A DNA stretch of 63,977 nt, the filler included, from Octopus bimaculoides (taxonomy: Eukaryota): assembly GCF_001194135.2 (NCBI RefSeq). It is 7 parts of 6 records of this genome, joined end to end, with 100 filler letters (N's around TTAATTAATTAA, not from the genome) between each part and the next. Parts side by side here need not be neighbours in the genome. Positions count along the whole stretch, not along the records: positions 1 to 21,422 come from NC_068985.1; 6 more parts are not named here. The stretch is one strand, 5' to 3'. The notes under the pieces are model-generated. The model worked only from the letters and a program-made list of their open reading frames with translations, made no database searches and was not told the DNA's origin. The first letter of the stretch is position 1. Each line of letters starts with the position of its first letter. Made by a program: the position numbers and the translations under genes. Of this stretch, positions 1 to 11,814 are shown piece by piece.

Positions 1-30
<30 letters not shown>
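1..30. repeat. (TA)n microsatellite
   Basis: Pure TA run. Confidence 0.95.
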
Positions 31-35
<5 letters not shown>

Positions 36-543
36 ACGGCGTCGTTTAGGCTTTATTAGTTTTGATTATTCCTGGAACATCAGATTTGTTTCCTTCGACT
101 AATTACTCGGCTTATCAACAAAAATAAAGAAATATAATGAAACGCAAAAAAAACAAAAAAAAACTCATCAAAGTAAGTGGAGATTTGTACAAAGATGGCG
201 CTTGGTGTTGTACAGCGGTGTTGTTTGAGAAGTGAGTTTTAATAAGGCGGGTATAACGTGAGTGGGAGATCTCTTTAAATTGGGTTACAGAAGACGAAGA
301 AGAAGACGAAGAAGATGTGGAAGAAGTGGGGGAAGAAGAAATGAACCTGATATAACAAGAAACCTGGTGGCGACATTGAGTTACTAAATAGTGGAATGTA
401 TATGGAGTATTGAGATAAAAATGGCTGCAATATTCTGAGACGTAGAAAGTTCCATTTTCCCGCCCTACAATTTTTATTCTATTTTTATTTTGCTTTCTAA
501 ATGTTATTTTTTCTTATGATTATTTGTATTTTATTATTTATCT

Positions 544-560
544 ATTACTTATTTATATAC

Positions 561-617
<57 letters not shown>
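544..617. repeat. (ATT)n microsatellite
   Basis: TAT/ATT run; source of the poly-Leu ORF 524..736. Confidence 0.9.
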
Positions 618-620
<3 letters not shown>

Positions 621-1316
621 TTTCATTTTTCTTTTTCAAATTGTCGCTTGTTTTCTTGAAACAGGTGGGAAAGAAAATGTGTACAGCAAGACGGATGAGA
701 TGTAGAGAAGTGGAGAAGAAAAGAAAAGGTGAATGAGAAATGAAACAGAGAAAGAGAGGTGGATGCTAAGGTAAGAAGAAAAGGAGAGGAAAAATAAAGA
801 AAGACGTAAGGATAGAAGAGTAAAGAGGGGTTGAGTGGGTTAGAGAAGGGGGGAGTTTGTGGTGGAATAGAGATAAGACGGTTGACGGTGGGGGAGAGGA
901 AGTTTTATGGACGCGAAAGAAGAAAGATAATGAAAAGAATTAATAAATGAGAAAGAAGCGAGAGAAAAAGAATGACAGAGACAGACAGGCAGAGAGAGGG
1001 TCAGAGATAAACAGTGGGAGAAGGAAAGAGAGAGGGAGGGATAAGGAGAGAGAAAGGGAAGTAGAGGAATAGAGAGAGGGAAGGATACGGGAGAGCGAGC
1101 GAGAGAGAGAGATAGAGAGAGAGAGAATTGGGGAAGCAATGAGTCTCTGGGCGCAATTTTTGGTCGTCAGGTGTATTCCGACGTCTAAAATCATGTAACA
1201 CATTCATCAGTAGAAGTTCAAAGACATCCGTAAATAGGCTTTTCTTATATAAACCAAAGTTCAGATGTCGGCGACGAACGAAAACAACCCAAAAATCAAA
1301 GGCACAAATACTCACA

Positions 1317-1364
1317 ATTTGTTAAACAAATCATTTGTTAAACAAATCATTTGTTAAACAAATT
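1317..1364. repeat. 3 x 16-bp tandem repeat ATTTGTTAAACAAATC
   Basis: Three direct copies; each unit contains the interrupted palindrome ATTTGTT-A-AACAAAT. Confidence 0.9.
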
Positions 1365-1449
1365 ATTCTGAAAGAGTGCTCAAACTTTCTAAATCAAAAT
1401 CACAGAATAGAATTTAGAAGTTAAGCGAACATAAACGAGCTCAGGAATT

Positions 1450-2110
1450 TTATGGATAAATATTTCGCTGTTATATAGAAAATGCAGAAACATTTCTACA
1501 CAATATTATTAGTGAGATGGTTCTAAATAATTGTTTTCATCATTTGCTGGGTCTGGAGGAATGGGAGTACGTTAATAAGCTCTCAAGACATGTGAGATTG
1601 ATGCCGTTAATTTTCCCCTTGAACTTTTAACAGTGAGAAAGGCAATAGAAGGGAAGAAGCTCCAGAGAGTCGACTTTCTGGAAAGGAAATACAAAGCATT
1701 GAGGATGACATAGCAAAAGTAATGAGAAGAGAGATGGGAGAAAATCCGAACGCTAGGGTGCGTCGGAATTGATAGAATGGCGAATAGAAAGAGCACTGAC
1801 ATTACATGTAGTGATAGTGCGATCTGATAGGAAGCTGCAGATCCAAGATGTGGTAGATAGTTAGAGCTCATATGCAGGACGTTTTGATCGGTGATTCACA
1901 TGTCAGAAGCAGAAGGAAGCTTTGTTGATATGAAGAGTGATAATACATCTTCACCAAATTTCTCCGAGGCAAGAGCTCATTGGTTGATGATGTAGTAAAA
2001 TAGATGATCAGTGCATCTGGTTTTACATGGATCTTATCATTTCCACTTTTACAAAGCCAAGGATATTGGCTTCAATATAAATGAAACGAGGATACTATAT
2101 ATTAAAAGGA
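1450..2110 (-). mobile_element. Degraded CR1/Jockey-group LINE reverse transcriptase fragment
   Basis: Minus-strand translation gives ITLHINKASF (LDISKAFD-like) and SWICSFLSDRTITTCNVSALSIRHSINSDAP (WIxSFLSDR...INSGVPQGS-like), with stops and frameshifts. Confidence 0.6.
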
Positions 2111-2464
2111 ATTCCAACAGCACTACCCATCTTACATAGCTTTAAAAGGCAATGTCGCCTTATAATTTTGATCTGAAATGACATGGGATAAAAAATATGT
2201 AATACTCTTTATATACATATAAGATAACTCTCTACATAAGAACACATTAAATTTGTGCATATATGTGTACGTGTGTTTATATATATACGCATGTACGACA
2301 GTGCATAAACATTTAATCATTCATTATTTCACATCCATTATTTTTGTTTTCAGCCGACATCTACAAGGTTCCGGCTTATCTTACTAATGTAATAATAAAA
2401 CAAAACTTTTAAAGAACAGCATAGAAACAAAGCAAAACAGTGTTTGTTTAGAACAAGACGGTAA

Positions 2465-2488
2465 TACACACACACGCACACAGACACA

Positions 2489-2569
<81 letters not shown>

Positions 2570-2597
2570 TCACACTCAAACTTATATATGTATTATG

Positions 2598-2628
<31 letters not shown>

Positions 2629-2750
2629 ACACTTTATATGTGTGCCTGTGTATATATACACACACACTCAAGTACATTTACATATACGTACAGATATGTG
2701 TATGTACATACATACATACGTAAATGCATATATGCATATACAAATATATA

Positions 2751-2801
<51 letters not shown>

Positions 2802-2850
2802 GGGTGCGTGTGCGCGCGCGCGTGAGAGAGAGAGAGAGAGAGAGAGAGAT
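2465..2850. repeat. Compound CA/TG/TA/GA microsatellite cluster
   Basis: Long (CA)n at 2465-2568, then TG, TA, CG and GA runs. Confidence 0.9.
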
Positions 2851-2959
2851 AAGCGTTTCCAAAGATGTTAGTGTGACGTAATCCTTCCATCATAGGACTG
2901 TGTGAAAGAGTGAACGCAGGTTCAATAATCAAATATAACACTGATATCTCTCAATTTGC

Positions 2960-3870
2960 TGCATTCAAAGAAATAAGACTAGTCAAAAAGAGACATCTGT
3001 ACAGTCAATCTAACTGCTAGAAATAGCAGCTGAATTTCATTCGACTCCCAACCTATTATTCTAGAATGGAAAGCCGAGGTGTATATCCAGACAAGTATTC
3101 CTCCTAAGTTTTTGTGGTTATCTATTAGAAGTTCAAAAGGAGACAAGATATACAGTGCAAAGATGTAGTGGTTACATGGTTGTTGCAGTTTGAGAGTTGT
3201 CGTCCTTATATTTTCATTAATCTGTTGAGATATTTATTTCTTGTTCAATCTTTGTTCATGAGTCCATCATACCGAACATTCTCAACTTCATCTAAATACT
3301 TGTAGTTGTCACTTGGCTGTATAGTTAGTATTGTCAGGTCATTTATTATTTTTTTTATCTTTCTATTCATGTTTAACTTTTGGTAGAGCAAAACTTTTCC
3401 AAGTTTTATGATCATAAATAGGCATTTAAATTCATTAATTACATCCCATTTGCTTTTTGACGAGTTAACATTCGATCTATACAGCCTCAGAAAGTTTGCA
3501 GAAAAGTGATGTAAATTTGTTTTGGGAACAGATAAAATAACGAGTTTAACGAGGAGACAAAAATTAGTACAGATAAGCCTGTAAGATATCATTGTGATAA
3601 TGCATGACATTAGATTTAATTGGTTGTGTTCCCACCTCATGGAAGTAATGCAGAGTAATAACCTCAATGTTATGTGTTGGATAACAGCTACCAGCTGTTG
3701 CAGAATTTTATTTAATTATAATGTTTTATTATTCCAGCCATGTGGTTTACCATCAAAGGCTTTCTGGTGATCTAGCCACACTATAGACAAGTTCCGAACA
3801 CTTTTTCCCCGTTTACTCTTGTAGTATTTTGTTAATTAATACCTGCTCCGAAGAGCAGGTTTCCTCAATT
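2960..3870 (-). mobile_element. R4/Dong-type (RLE) non-LTR retrotransposon, RT/thumb remnant
   Basis: RNLSIVWLDHQKAFDGKPHGW at about 3735-3800; DNYKYLDEVENVRYDG (YKYLG motif) in ORF 3245..3667. Confidence 0.7.
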
Positions 3871-3901
3871 TACTCAGTCGTTATGAATAAGGCTACAAAA
3901 T

Positions 3902-3902
3902 G

Positions 3903-3957
<55 letters not shown>
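3902..3957. repeat. (AAT)n tract 5' of an R4/Dong copy
   Basis: Pure AAT run. Confidence 0.95.
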
Positions 3958-3959
<2 letters not shown>

Positions 3960-4580
3960 TTAAACTCGTATGGCATATTACAAACCAGTGTACGTCATTA
4001 GCCCAGAAGGAATATAAGAGACGCCACGACAAAATAGCAAGGTTTGTCCATTGGACGCTTTGCAACAAGTATGGTCTTGACAGAGAAAAAACTGGTACGA
4101 CCACAAACCCGAAGGCGTCATCGAAAATGATAATGCAAAAATCCTGTGAGATTTTATGATTCAGTTCGACCATGAGATAGAAAATAGGAAGCCAGACAGT
4201 CTTAATTGAGAAAGAAAGTAAACTGTGTTGGATCATAGATACAGCATGCCCACCTGACAACAAGGTACGCGATAAGGAAGAAAGAAAAGTCGATAGGTAT
4301 GACAGGTTAGCTTAGGAGGTGAAGCAGTTGTGGTCGGTGAAAAAGGTGGTAGTAGTACCAATAACTGTTGGAGCCCGGGCAACAGTGAGTAAAAATCTCG
4401 AGAAGTACATGGAACAAATAGGGTCTGCAATAAGGGTAGATCACTTGCAGAAAATAGCACTGCTTGGAAACACTCGAATACTCCGGAAAGTGCTCGAAAA
4501 TAAGAGGTGTTACCTTAGTTCACTGGTAGTGAACAACTGACACCGTAGTACATCTCCAGCGTTATAAGCTGTGCAAAGGC
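3958..4580 (+). mobile_element. 5'-truncated R4/Dong-type element: RLE domain plus 3' UTR, (AAT)n tail
   Basis: YKRRHDKIARFVHWTLCNKY...YDHKPEGVIENDNAKIL...RKPD...IIDTACP...VVVVPITVGA...LQKIALLGNTRILRKVLE, then a short UTR and (AAT)n. Confidence 0.9.
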
Positions 4581-4657
<77 letters not shown>

Positions 4658-4678
4658 TAATAATAATANNNNNNNNNN

Positions 4679-4720
<42 letters not shown>

Positions 4721-4735
4721 AATAATAATGATAAC

Positions 4736-4833
<98 letters not shown>

Positions 4834-4844
4834 TAATAATAATA
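4581..4844. repeat. (AAT)n tract with a small N gap
   Basis: AAT run separating two R4/Dong copies. Confidence 0.95.
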
Positions 4845-5463
4845 AAAATGGTGAAACCATATGGCATATTACCAGTCAATGTACTCTACTAGCCCAGAAA
4901 GAAAATAAGAGACGTAATGACAATACAGCAAGGATTGTCCATTGGACACTTTGCAACAAGTATGGACTTGACAGATCAAAAAAGTGGTATTAACATAAAT
5001 CCGAAGGTATCATCGAAAATAATAATGCAAAGGTCATCTGAGATTTTATGTTTCAGTGCAACCATGAGATAGAGAATAGGAAAGCAGACATAGTGTTAAT
5101 TGGGAAACAAAGCAAACTATGCTGGATCATAGATATAGCATGCCCAGTTGACAACAAGGTATGCGATAAGGAAGAAAGAAAAGTCGATAGATATAACAGG
5201 TTAGCATGGGAGGTTAAGCAGTTGTGGTCGATGAAAAAGGTGGTAGTAGTACCAATAATTGTTGGAGCCCTGGGAACAGTGAATAAAAATCTCGAGAAGT
5301 ACACGGAACAAATAAAGGTGGAGCACTTGCAGAAAACATCACTGCTTCGAACCACTTGAATACTCCGGATGGTGTTCGAAAAATAAGGAGTGTTACCTTA
5401 GTTCACTGGTAGTGAACAGCTGGCACCGTAGTACATCTTCAGCGTTAGAAGCTGTGCAAAGAC
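4845..5463 (+). mobile_element. Second 5'-truncated R4/Dong-type copy, same family as 3958-4580
   Basis: GETIWHITSQCTLLAQKENKRRND...; ORF 5048..5359 (RKADIVLI, IIDIACP, VVVVPIIVGALG); same 3' UTR, then an AAT tail to 5555. Confidence 0.9.
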
Positions 5464-5482
5464 AATAGATAATAACAACAAC

Positions 5483-5557
<75 letters not shown>

Positions 5558-5614
5558 CCACATCCAAACATACAAACACGAAGGAATCAATGAACTAAAT
5601 TCAGTACAATACAC

Positions 5615-5870
5615 AGAAATGAAAAAAGAAAAGACAAGGAACGAATACTGTAGAAGAGTTAGGTTAATGCTTAAAACAGCTCAATGAGCTCAATGCGCAA
5701 ACAAGATAATAGGTATTAATACTCTAGCTGTCCCAGTATTAAGTAACGGTTACAATGTTCGTAATTGTACACCAAATGAGCTAACAAAACTAGAGAGGAA
5801 AACAAGAAAAATAATGACGGAATTCATAATACACCACCGAAAATGCTCCTTAGACATTTCCATGTTTGAA
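5615..5870 (+). mobile_element. R4/Dong-type thumb-domain fragment
   Basis: EYCRRVRLMLK...NKIIGINTLAVPVLS...ELTKLERKTRKIMTEFIIHH. Confidence 0.7.
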
Positions 5871-5927
5871 GAGCTAGTTAGTGAAATTTCAATTAGATAC
5901 CTTGCAAAATGAAATTTAATTAGTTTT

Positions 5928-6322
5928 GGAGTGGCTGTGTGGTAAGAAGCTTGCTCCCCAACCAAATGACTCCGGTTCAGTCCCACTGCGTGGCATCTTG
6001 GGCAAATGTCTTCTATTATAACCTTGGGCCGACCAAAGCCTTGTGAGTGGATTTGGTAGATGGAAACTGAAAGAAGCTCGTTGTATATATATATATATAT
6101 GTATTTATGTGTCTGTGTTTGTTCCCCCACCATCACTTGACAACCGATGTTAGTGTGTTTACGTCCCCGTAACCTAGCAGTTCGGGAAAAGAAACCGATA
6201 GAATAAGTACTAGGCTTACAAAGAATGAGTCCTGGGGTCAATTTGTTCGATTAAAGGCGGTGCTCCAGCATGGTCACAATCAAATGACTGACACAAGTAA
6301 AAGAATAGAAGAATAAAAGAAT
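5928..6322 (+). mobile_element. tRNA-derived SINE family A, near full length
   Basis: Head GGAGTGGCTGTGTGGTAAG...CCGGTTCAGTCCC; CORE-like TGGCATCTTGGGCAAATGTCTT; internal microsatellite; tail ...CAAGTAAAAGAAT. Many copies in the window. Confidence 0.9.
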
Positions 6323-6452
6323 GTCCAAATACATATAAATATTACTTGATGCCATTAGACAGTCAAAAATACTGTTAATGCATTTACAAATTGAAAATAT
6401 AGACGTCCAAACATTACTTATGGGATGTCCTGATATATATACACTGCGGGCT

Positions 6453-6600
6453 TATTTCAGCTTTCGTCAAGCAAAACCCACTTGCATGGGTTTGGTCGGC
6501 TCAGGGCTACTGCACGACACCTTGGGTCAAACACTAGAATTGAATCCAGAAACATGTGGTTGGCAATCAAACTTCTTATCACACAGCCATGACTGTGCCG
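6453..6600 (-). mobile_element. SINE family A, degraded 5' half
   Basis: Reverse complement of the family A head and core. Confidence 0.7.
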
Positions 6601-6605
6601 AAAAG

Positions 6606-6707
6606 ATGTTTCCAGCACCTAGATTTGCCGAGCAGTCACCTGTCTAAGTACTAACTAGGCTCGACATTGCTTTACTGCAGTGATAGGACAGGAAGCGGTG
6701 TGTTCAA

Positions 6708-6716
<9 letters not shown>
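6606..6716 (-). pseudogene. 5S rRNA pseudogene or 5S-derived fragment
   Basis: Minus strand ATCATATTGAACACACCGCTTCCTGTCCTATCACTGCAGTAAAGCAATGTCGAGCCTAGTTAGTACTTAGACAGGTGACTGC aligns by eye along most of metazoan 5S rRNA (box A/C region); a T4 run follows the 3' end. Confidence 0.8.
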
Positions 6717-6739
<23 letters not shown>

Positions 6740-7729
6740 CCTAGTTGCTAATACCAGACACCAACACAGACTGCTACCTAATGCTTCAGTAAAGCTGTGT
6801 CATTTTCGTATCACAGACAATATACATGTTCTTTATTATTTATCGCCATAAAAAAACCAAACTCGTTCAATTGACGTTTGTTACCGTTAAGGAAACATGA
6901 GAAAGACATCATCTTCAGTTTTAAAAAACTGGTATCTTTTTTATTCTATACATTTGCTTACACTTTTTTTCTGTTTTTGCAAGGCTACGAAGTACTTTAG
7001 TCTCAGAGCAATTCTTAACCCTTAAACTAGACCGAAATCTACTGAATGACATATTGTTTCTACCATAGCCAAGAACTGGTGTTTTATACACACACACACA
7101 CACACACACGTACGTACGTATGTATGTATGTATGCATGTATGTATGTATGTATGTTTGTAAGTGTCGTTGAAAAGGGGTTAAGAATCCATAGATATCAAA
7201 GATTATAGGTAAAAAGTAAAAGTGGAAGCAACATGGAAGTATGATTAAAAATTCATGTTACATTTTTTCTTTAAACGGACAGGATAACTAGTTTATATTC
7301 GTTAGATTAAGTAACTTCTAAAAATATTATCAGTGGTTTGTGTATGTCCATCTTATCAAATATTGAAAATTCAAAGTCAAGAATTAAGAAATAAGAATTA
7401 AAAATTAGAAATTAAAGTTGTTAGTTGTCACATTCTGTGCATAATTAAGACATATAAAACATATTTTATACGTTCACCTCAATAGTGAAAAATATAAAGG
7501 ATGAAATTTGGTGGTTCCAGTATAATGGATCAAATGTGAAACTTCAAATATAGCGGATCAAATACAACAGACCAAATATTAGAAATCAAATTTTTCACAA
7601 CGCTAGCTATGAATGTTGCTTTAGTTGTTTAGTTCCAGATCTGTTCTTATCGAGCAGACTTATCATCAAAATAATTAAAGCCATTATAGTTTAGATTTCT
7701 TTTTGTTTGTTTTAGAAGCGCATTATGTT

Positions 7730-8131
7730 CTTTACTCTTTTACTCTTTTACTTGTTTCAGTCATTTGACTGCGGCCATGCTGGAGCACCGCCTTTAGTCG
7801 AGAAAATCGACCCCCAGGACTTATTCTTTGTAAGCCTAGTACTTATTCTATCGGTCGCTTTTTGCCGAACCGCTAAGTTACGGGAACATAAACACACCAA
7901 CATTGGTTGTCAAGCGATGGTGGGGGGACAAACACAGACACAAACACACATACATATATACATATATACGACGGGCTTCTTTCAGTTTCCGTCTACCAAA
8001 TCCACTCACAAGGCTTTGGTCGGCCCGAGGCTATAGTAGAAGACACTTACCCAAGGTGCCACGCTGTGGGACTGAACCCGCAACCATGTGGTTGGTAAGC
8101 GAGCTACTTACCACACAGCCACTCCTGCGCC
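7730..8131 (-). mobile_element. SINE family A, full length
   Basis: Complete head-core-tail on the minus strand with an (AAAAGAGT)n-like tail. Confidence 0.92.
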
Positions 8132-9495
8132 TAAAACAACAGTGTATGCTTCAAGAGTGATTTGGTTATAAATGTTTCAATATCAATTTTGACTTTTCAC
8201 CGGGCTGCTCTTCTAGCTGTTGACATTTGCTTATGAATTTGTCATAATATATTGCTTCAATATGTTAGGTGATTACTCTTTATATCTGATATATCGCTCC
8301 CGAAAATAGGGTGTAACTGATGTTTCCTGTAAATTTTAATATTTTAATTATGAATAAGGTAGCAGATGTTATAATAGAGTGGTAGAAAAGATTATTTAAA
8401 GTCCTTAGTTACGAACCCTCATGTTCTAAGTTCAAATTTTGCTATGGTCCATTTTCCCTAACATAATCCTGGGTCGATATAAGATGTATTATTAATGTAC
8501 AACAAAATCAACCCTTTCTGTACGTTAATTAATACATATTATAATAACATAATACACAACAATAGCCTATATATAAGATTATAGTTTGCTGATACGGCAT
8601 AACAATAGAGAAATATATTCGGAGTTGTCACGCGCTGCCAAAATCTGACTCAATCCCCACTCCGTTGCACACTTTCTATTTTAAATAAATTTTAGTAAAT
8701 TAAAATTCCAGTGTTGTTTCCTCTACTGTTCCTGACCAGAATTAGTCTTATGTTTAATGTTTCTCTCTTCTCATTACGGGTCTAATTATAATTAATTAAA
8801 ATATCTTGTACTTTACACTTAGAATCAACCTTGCCATATAACCTATGCACTCAACTATACTTTTATACAAACAATCCTACTCGTGGCTTAGCACGACTGT
8901 TAGTTTCAGAGCGAATTCTGCGAAAGATACCCAACGACCAGGCGACTGTGCTAAACCATGTGACCGATTAAGTGTACCACCGAGTTACCGACATAATCCC
9001 TCTACAGGCTGCTACAACGTTCTCTCCGACGGAATTTTCCTGACAGAGATTGGGTCGGTCTGAGGTTATGGTAAAATACAATTATTCGTTCTGCTGTATT
9101 GTGGAATCAAGCCAGGAGCCATATTAATACGAAGCAAACTTCTTAACCTCACAACTAGTCATGCATACACTGTACAATACCAACAACAGAGAAAAGAATA
9201 CTACTGTTCTATTTTTATCGAGACTATAGCGAATCGCTGCCAGCAGGATGTGAAATATAACCGCTTGAGTTAGTGTATCCTGACTCCTAATCTTTGACTT
9301 TGTCAACTAAAAACTCTTCCTTAGGCACCAGGCACTAGGCACCTGGCACCAGGCAACATCTATAGTAATATCTCGGTGTCAAAAGAGCCGGTTTCTAATT
9401 TGGGATTTTAGCCGAACGTTGATAAAGAATTAACTAAGTTATCTCTCTATTGTTTCAACTGAAAGGATAAAAAATGATAGTGAGTGAATGTTATT

Positions 9496-9498
<3 letters not shown>

Positions 9499-9559
<61 letters not shown>

Positions 9560-9693
9560 NNNNNNNNNNNNNNNNNNNNNNNNNNNNNNNNNNNNNNNNN
9601 NNNNNNNNNNNNNNNNNNNNNNNNNNCACACACACACACACACATACACACATACACGCACCACATGTGTAGAAAGAGTGAGACACAGTTACA

Positions 9694-9742
<49 letters not shown>

Positions 9743-10240
9743 GGTGAGAAAGAGAGAGTAAACAGAAGAAGGGGAGAGATTGGGGGGAGAAACAGAGAGT
9801 GTAGACAGAGATAGAGAGAGGGAAAGGGAGAGTGGGTGAAATAGGTATCTTGAAACAGATCACGAAGAAATACAAACAGATCGATAAATGCGAAGTGAAA
9901 GAATGTGTGTGTATAAGTGTGAACGTGTATGTATGTATGTATGTATGTATGTATATGTATGTATATATGCATGTATGTATGTATGTATGTATGTATGTAT
10001 GTACGGTTTAGAGATAAAATATGTACAACGAAGAAATTAATCTGGAGAGAGTGAGCGACAGTCGGGATGAAAGATGGAGTCAGTTCAAGACAAAAAGAGA
10101 CAGATAGATACAGACTGGTTGAACAGAGAAAGAAGAAAGAGAAATAGAGGGAGGGCGAGAGAGCACGGTAAAGTAAATCATGAGAAGAATTATATAGATA
10201 CACACACACACACCTCTCTCTCCTCTCTCTCTCTCTCTCA

Positions 10241-10301
<61 letters not shown>

Positions 10302-10400
10302 TGTATTATGAATGTATGTATAAATTTTGTATATATTACTATAAACAGTTATATATATATATATATATGTAAAGTATTATATATGTGTGTGCGTGTGTGT
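9499..10400. repeat. Microsatellite-rich block (GT, CA, GA, TATG, TA) with an N gap
   Basis: Direct reading. Confidence 0.9.
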
Positions 10401-11216
10401 GGGTGAATGAACGTGTGATTAAAGAAGAGAGGTAGAACGTTAAGAAAAAGAGACAGAGGATGGTTGGTGGTTGGTGGTTGGTGGTTGGAGGGGTGGGCTG
10501 AGAGAGATGGTACATTGGAAATTAGAGTCAGATATTATCTAATATTTACCCTTCTTCAAGACAATACCTATTCATAACGAGTTTGTTATTCTGGGCCAAA
10601 GTTAAATGATGCCAGTTGTTGTCTGTAACACACAGACTGTTCCACTCTGTTGAGAAGTGTGCTGAGGAAGATTTCCCATATCATTTGAACAAGGAACAAA
10701 CGAAAACAACAGACAAACTGAATATCTGTCTTGTATACCTAATGCCATGTCTTCATTTGTATGGCTCCAATAGGGTTCTCCCTCTCTCTCCTACTCTCTC
10801 TCTCTCACTCTGTGTGTGTATATAATATTGTGCATGTGTGTATATAATATTGAGCTTGTGTGTTTGTGGGTGCGTACGTGCTTCTCTCTCTCTCTCTCTC
10901 TCTCTCTCACTTTGTGTGTATGTGCATGTACATGTGTGCGTGTGTGTTTATCTATCAATCTATCTATCTATCCGTAAGCGTATATTGAAATATCGAAGAT
11001 AATTATCAGCTTGCAAACATGAAAACATGGAGAGAATGTGAAGACGCATACGACATAGAAGGATGGGGAGGTGCATGGATGGAAGGATAAATTAATTCGC
11101 CTTTACCTGATATATCTTTTGTACATTATTATTAACCCTCACACTAGTAACAAAACTCAAGCATACGTGTGTATATCTATCTAGCTATCTCTCTATATAT
11201 ATACATACATATATAC

Positions 11217-11252
<36 letters not shown>

Positions 11253-11814
11253 NNNNNNNNNNNNNNNNNNNNNNNNNNNNNNNNNNNNNNNNNNNNNNNN
11301 NNNNNNNNNNNNNNNNNNNNNNNNNNNNNNNNNNNNNNNNNNNNNNNNNNNNNNNNNNNNNNNNNNNNNNNNNNNNNNNNNNNNNNNNNNNNNNNNNNNN
11401 NNNNNNNNNNNNNNNNNNNNNNNNNNNNNNNNNNNNNNNNNNNNNNNNNNNNNNNNNNNNNNNNNNNNNNNNNNNNNNNNNNNNNNNNNNNNNNNNNNNN
11501 NNNNNNNNNNNNNNNNNNNNNNNNNNNNNNNNNNNNNNNNNNNNNNNNNNNNNNNNNNNNNNNNNNNNNNNNNNNNNNNNNNNNNNNGAGGGTGAGTGAG
11601 AGCATACCTACACGTTCACACAAACATACAAATACTCAGATATAAGGAGCAATAATGAAGTAGATAAGGCACTGAACGCCATGATTTAGATTCTGAAATT
11701 AATAAAGCAAAGGACCACTGATGAGGTCACAGAAGTGTGACGATAGAACTCTGACCGAAATACGATTAATGTAAAAAATAAAATAAAGCTGAAGCAAATT
11801 AACACCAAATATAT

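Noticed and set aside
524-736. Poly-Leu/Ile/Tyr/Asn, CV, HT and RE repeat ORFs throughout the window
   Set aside because: Translations of microsatellites, open in several frames and on both strands.
1160-1230. CTGATGA and CTGACGA on the minus strand as hammerhead cores
   Set aside because: No correctly placed GAAA or stem I.
3840-3860. Hairpin ACCTGCT-CCGAAG-AGCAGGT
   Set aside because: Lies within R4 RT coding sequence; a 7-bp stem is expected by chance.
6870-6925. CTGAAGA...AAACGTC on the minus strand
   Set aside because: No stem II or stem I pairing, and GAAA is incomplete.
9499-9660. (GT)n-gap-(CA)n as a giant inverted repeat
   Set aside because: It spans an assembly gap, so the relative orientation is unverified.
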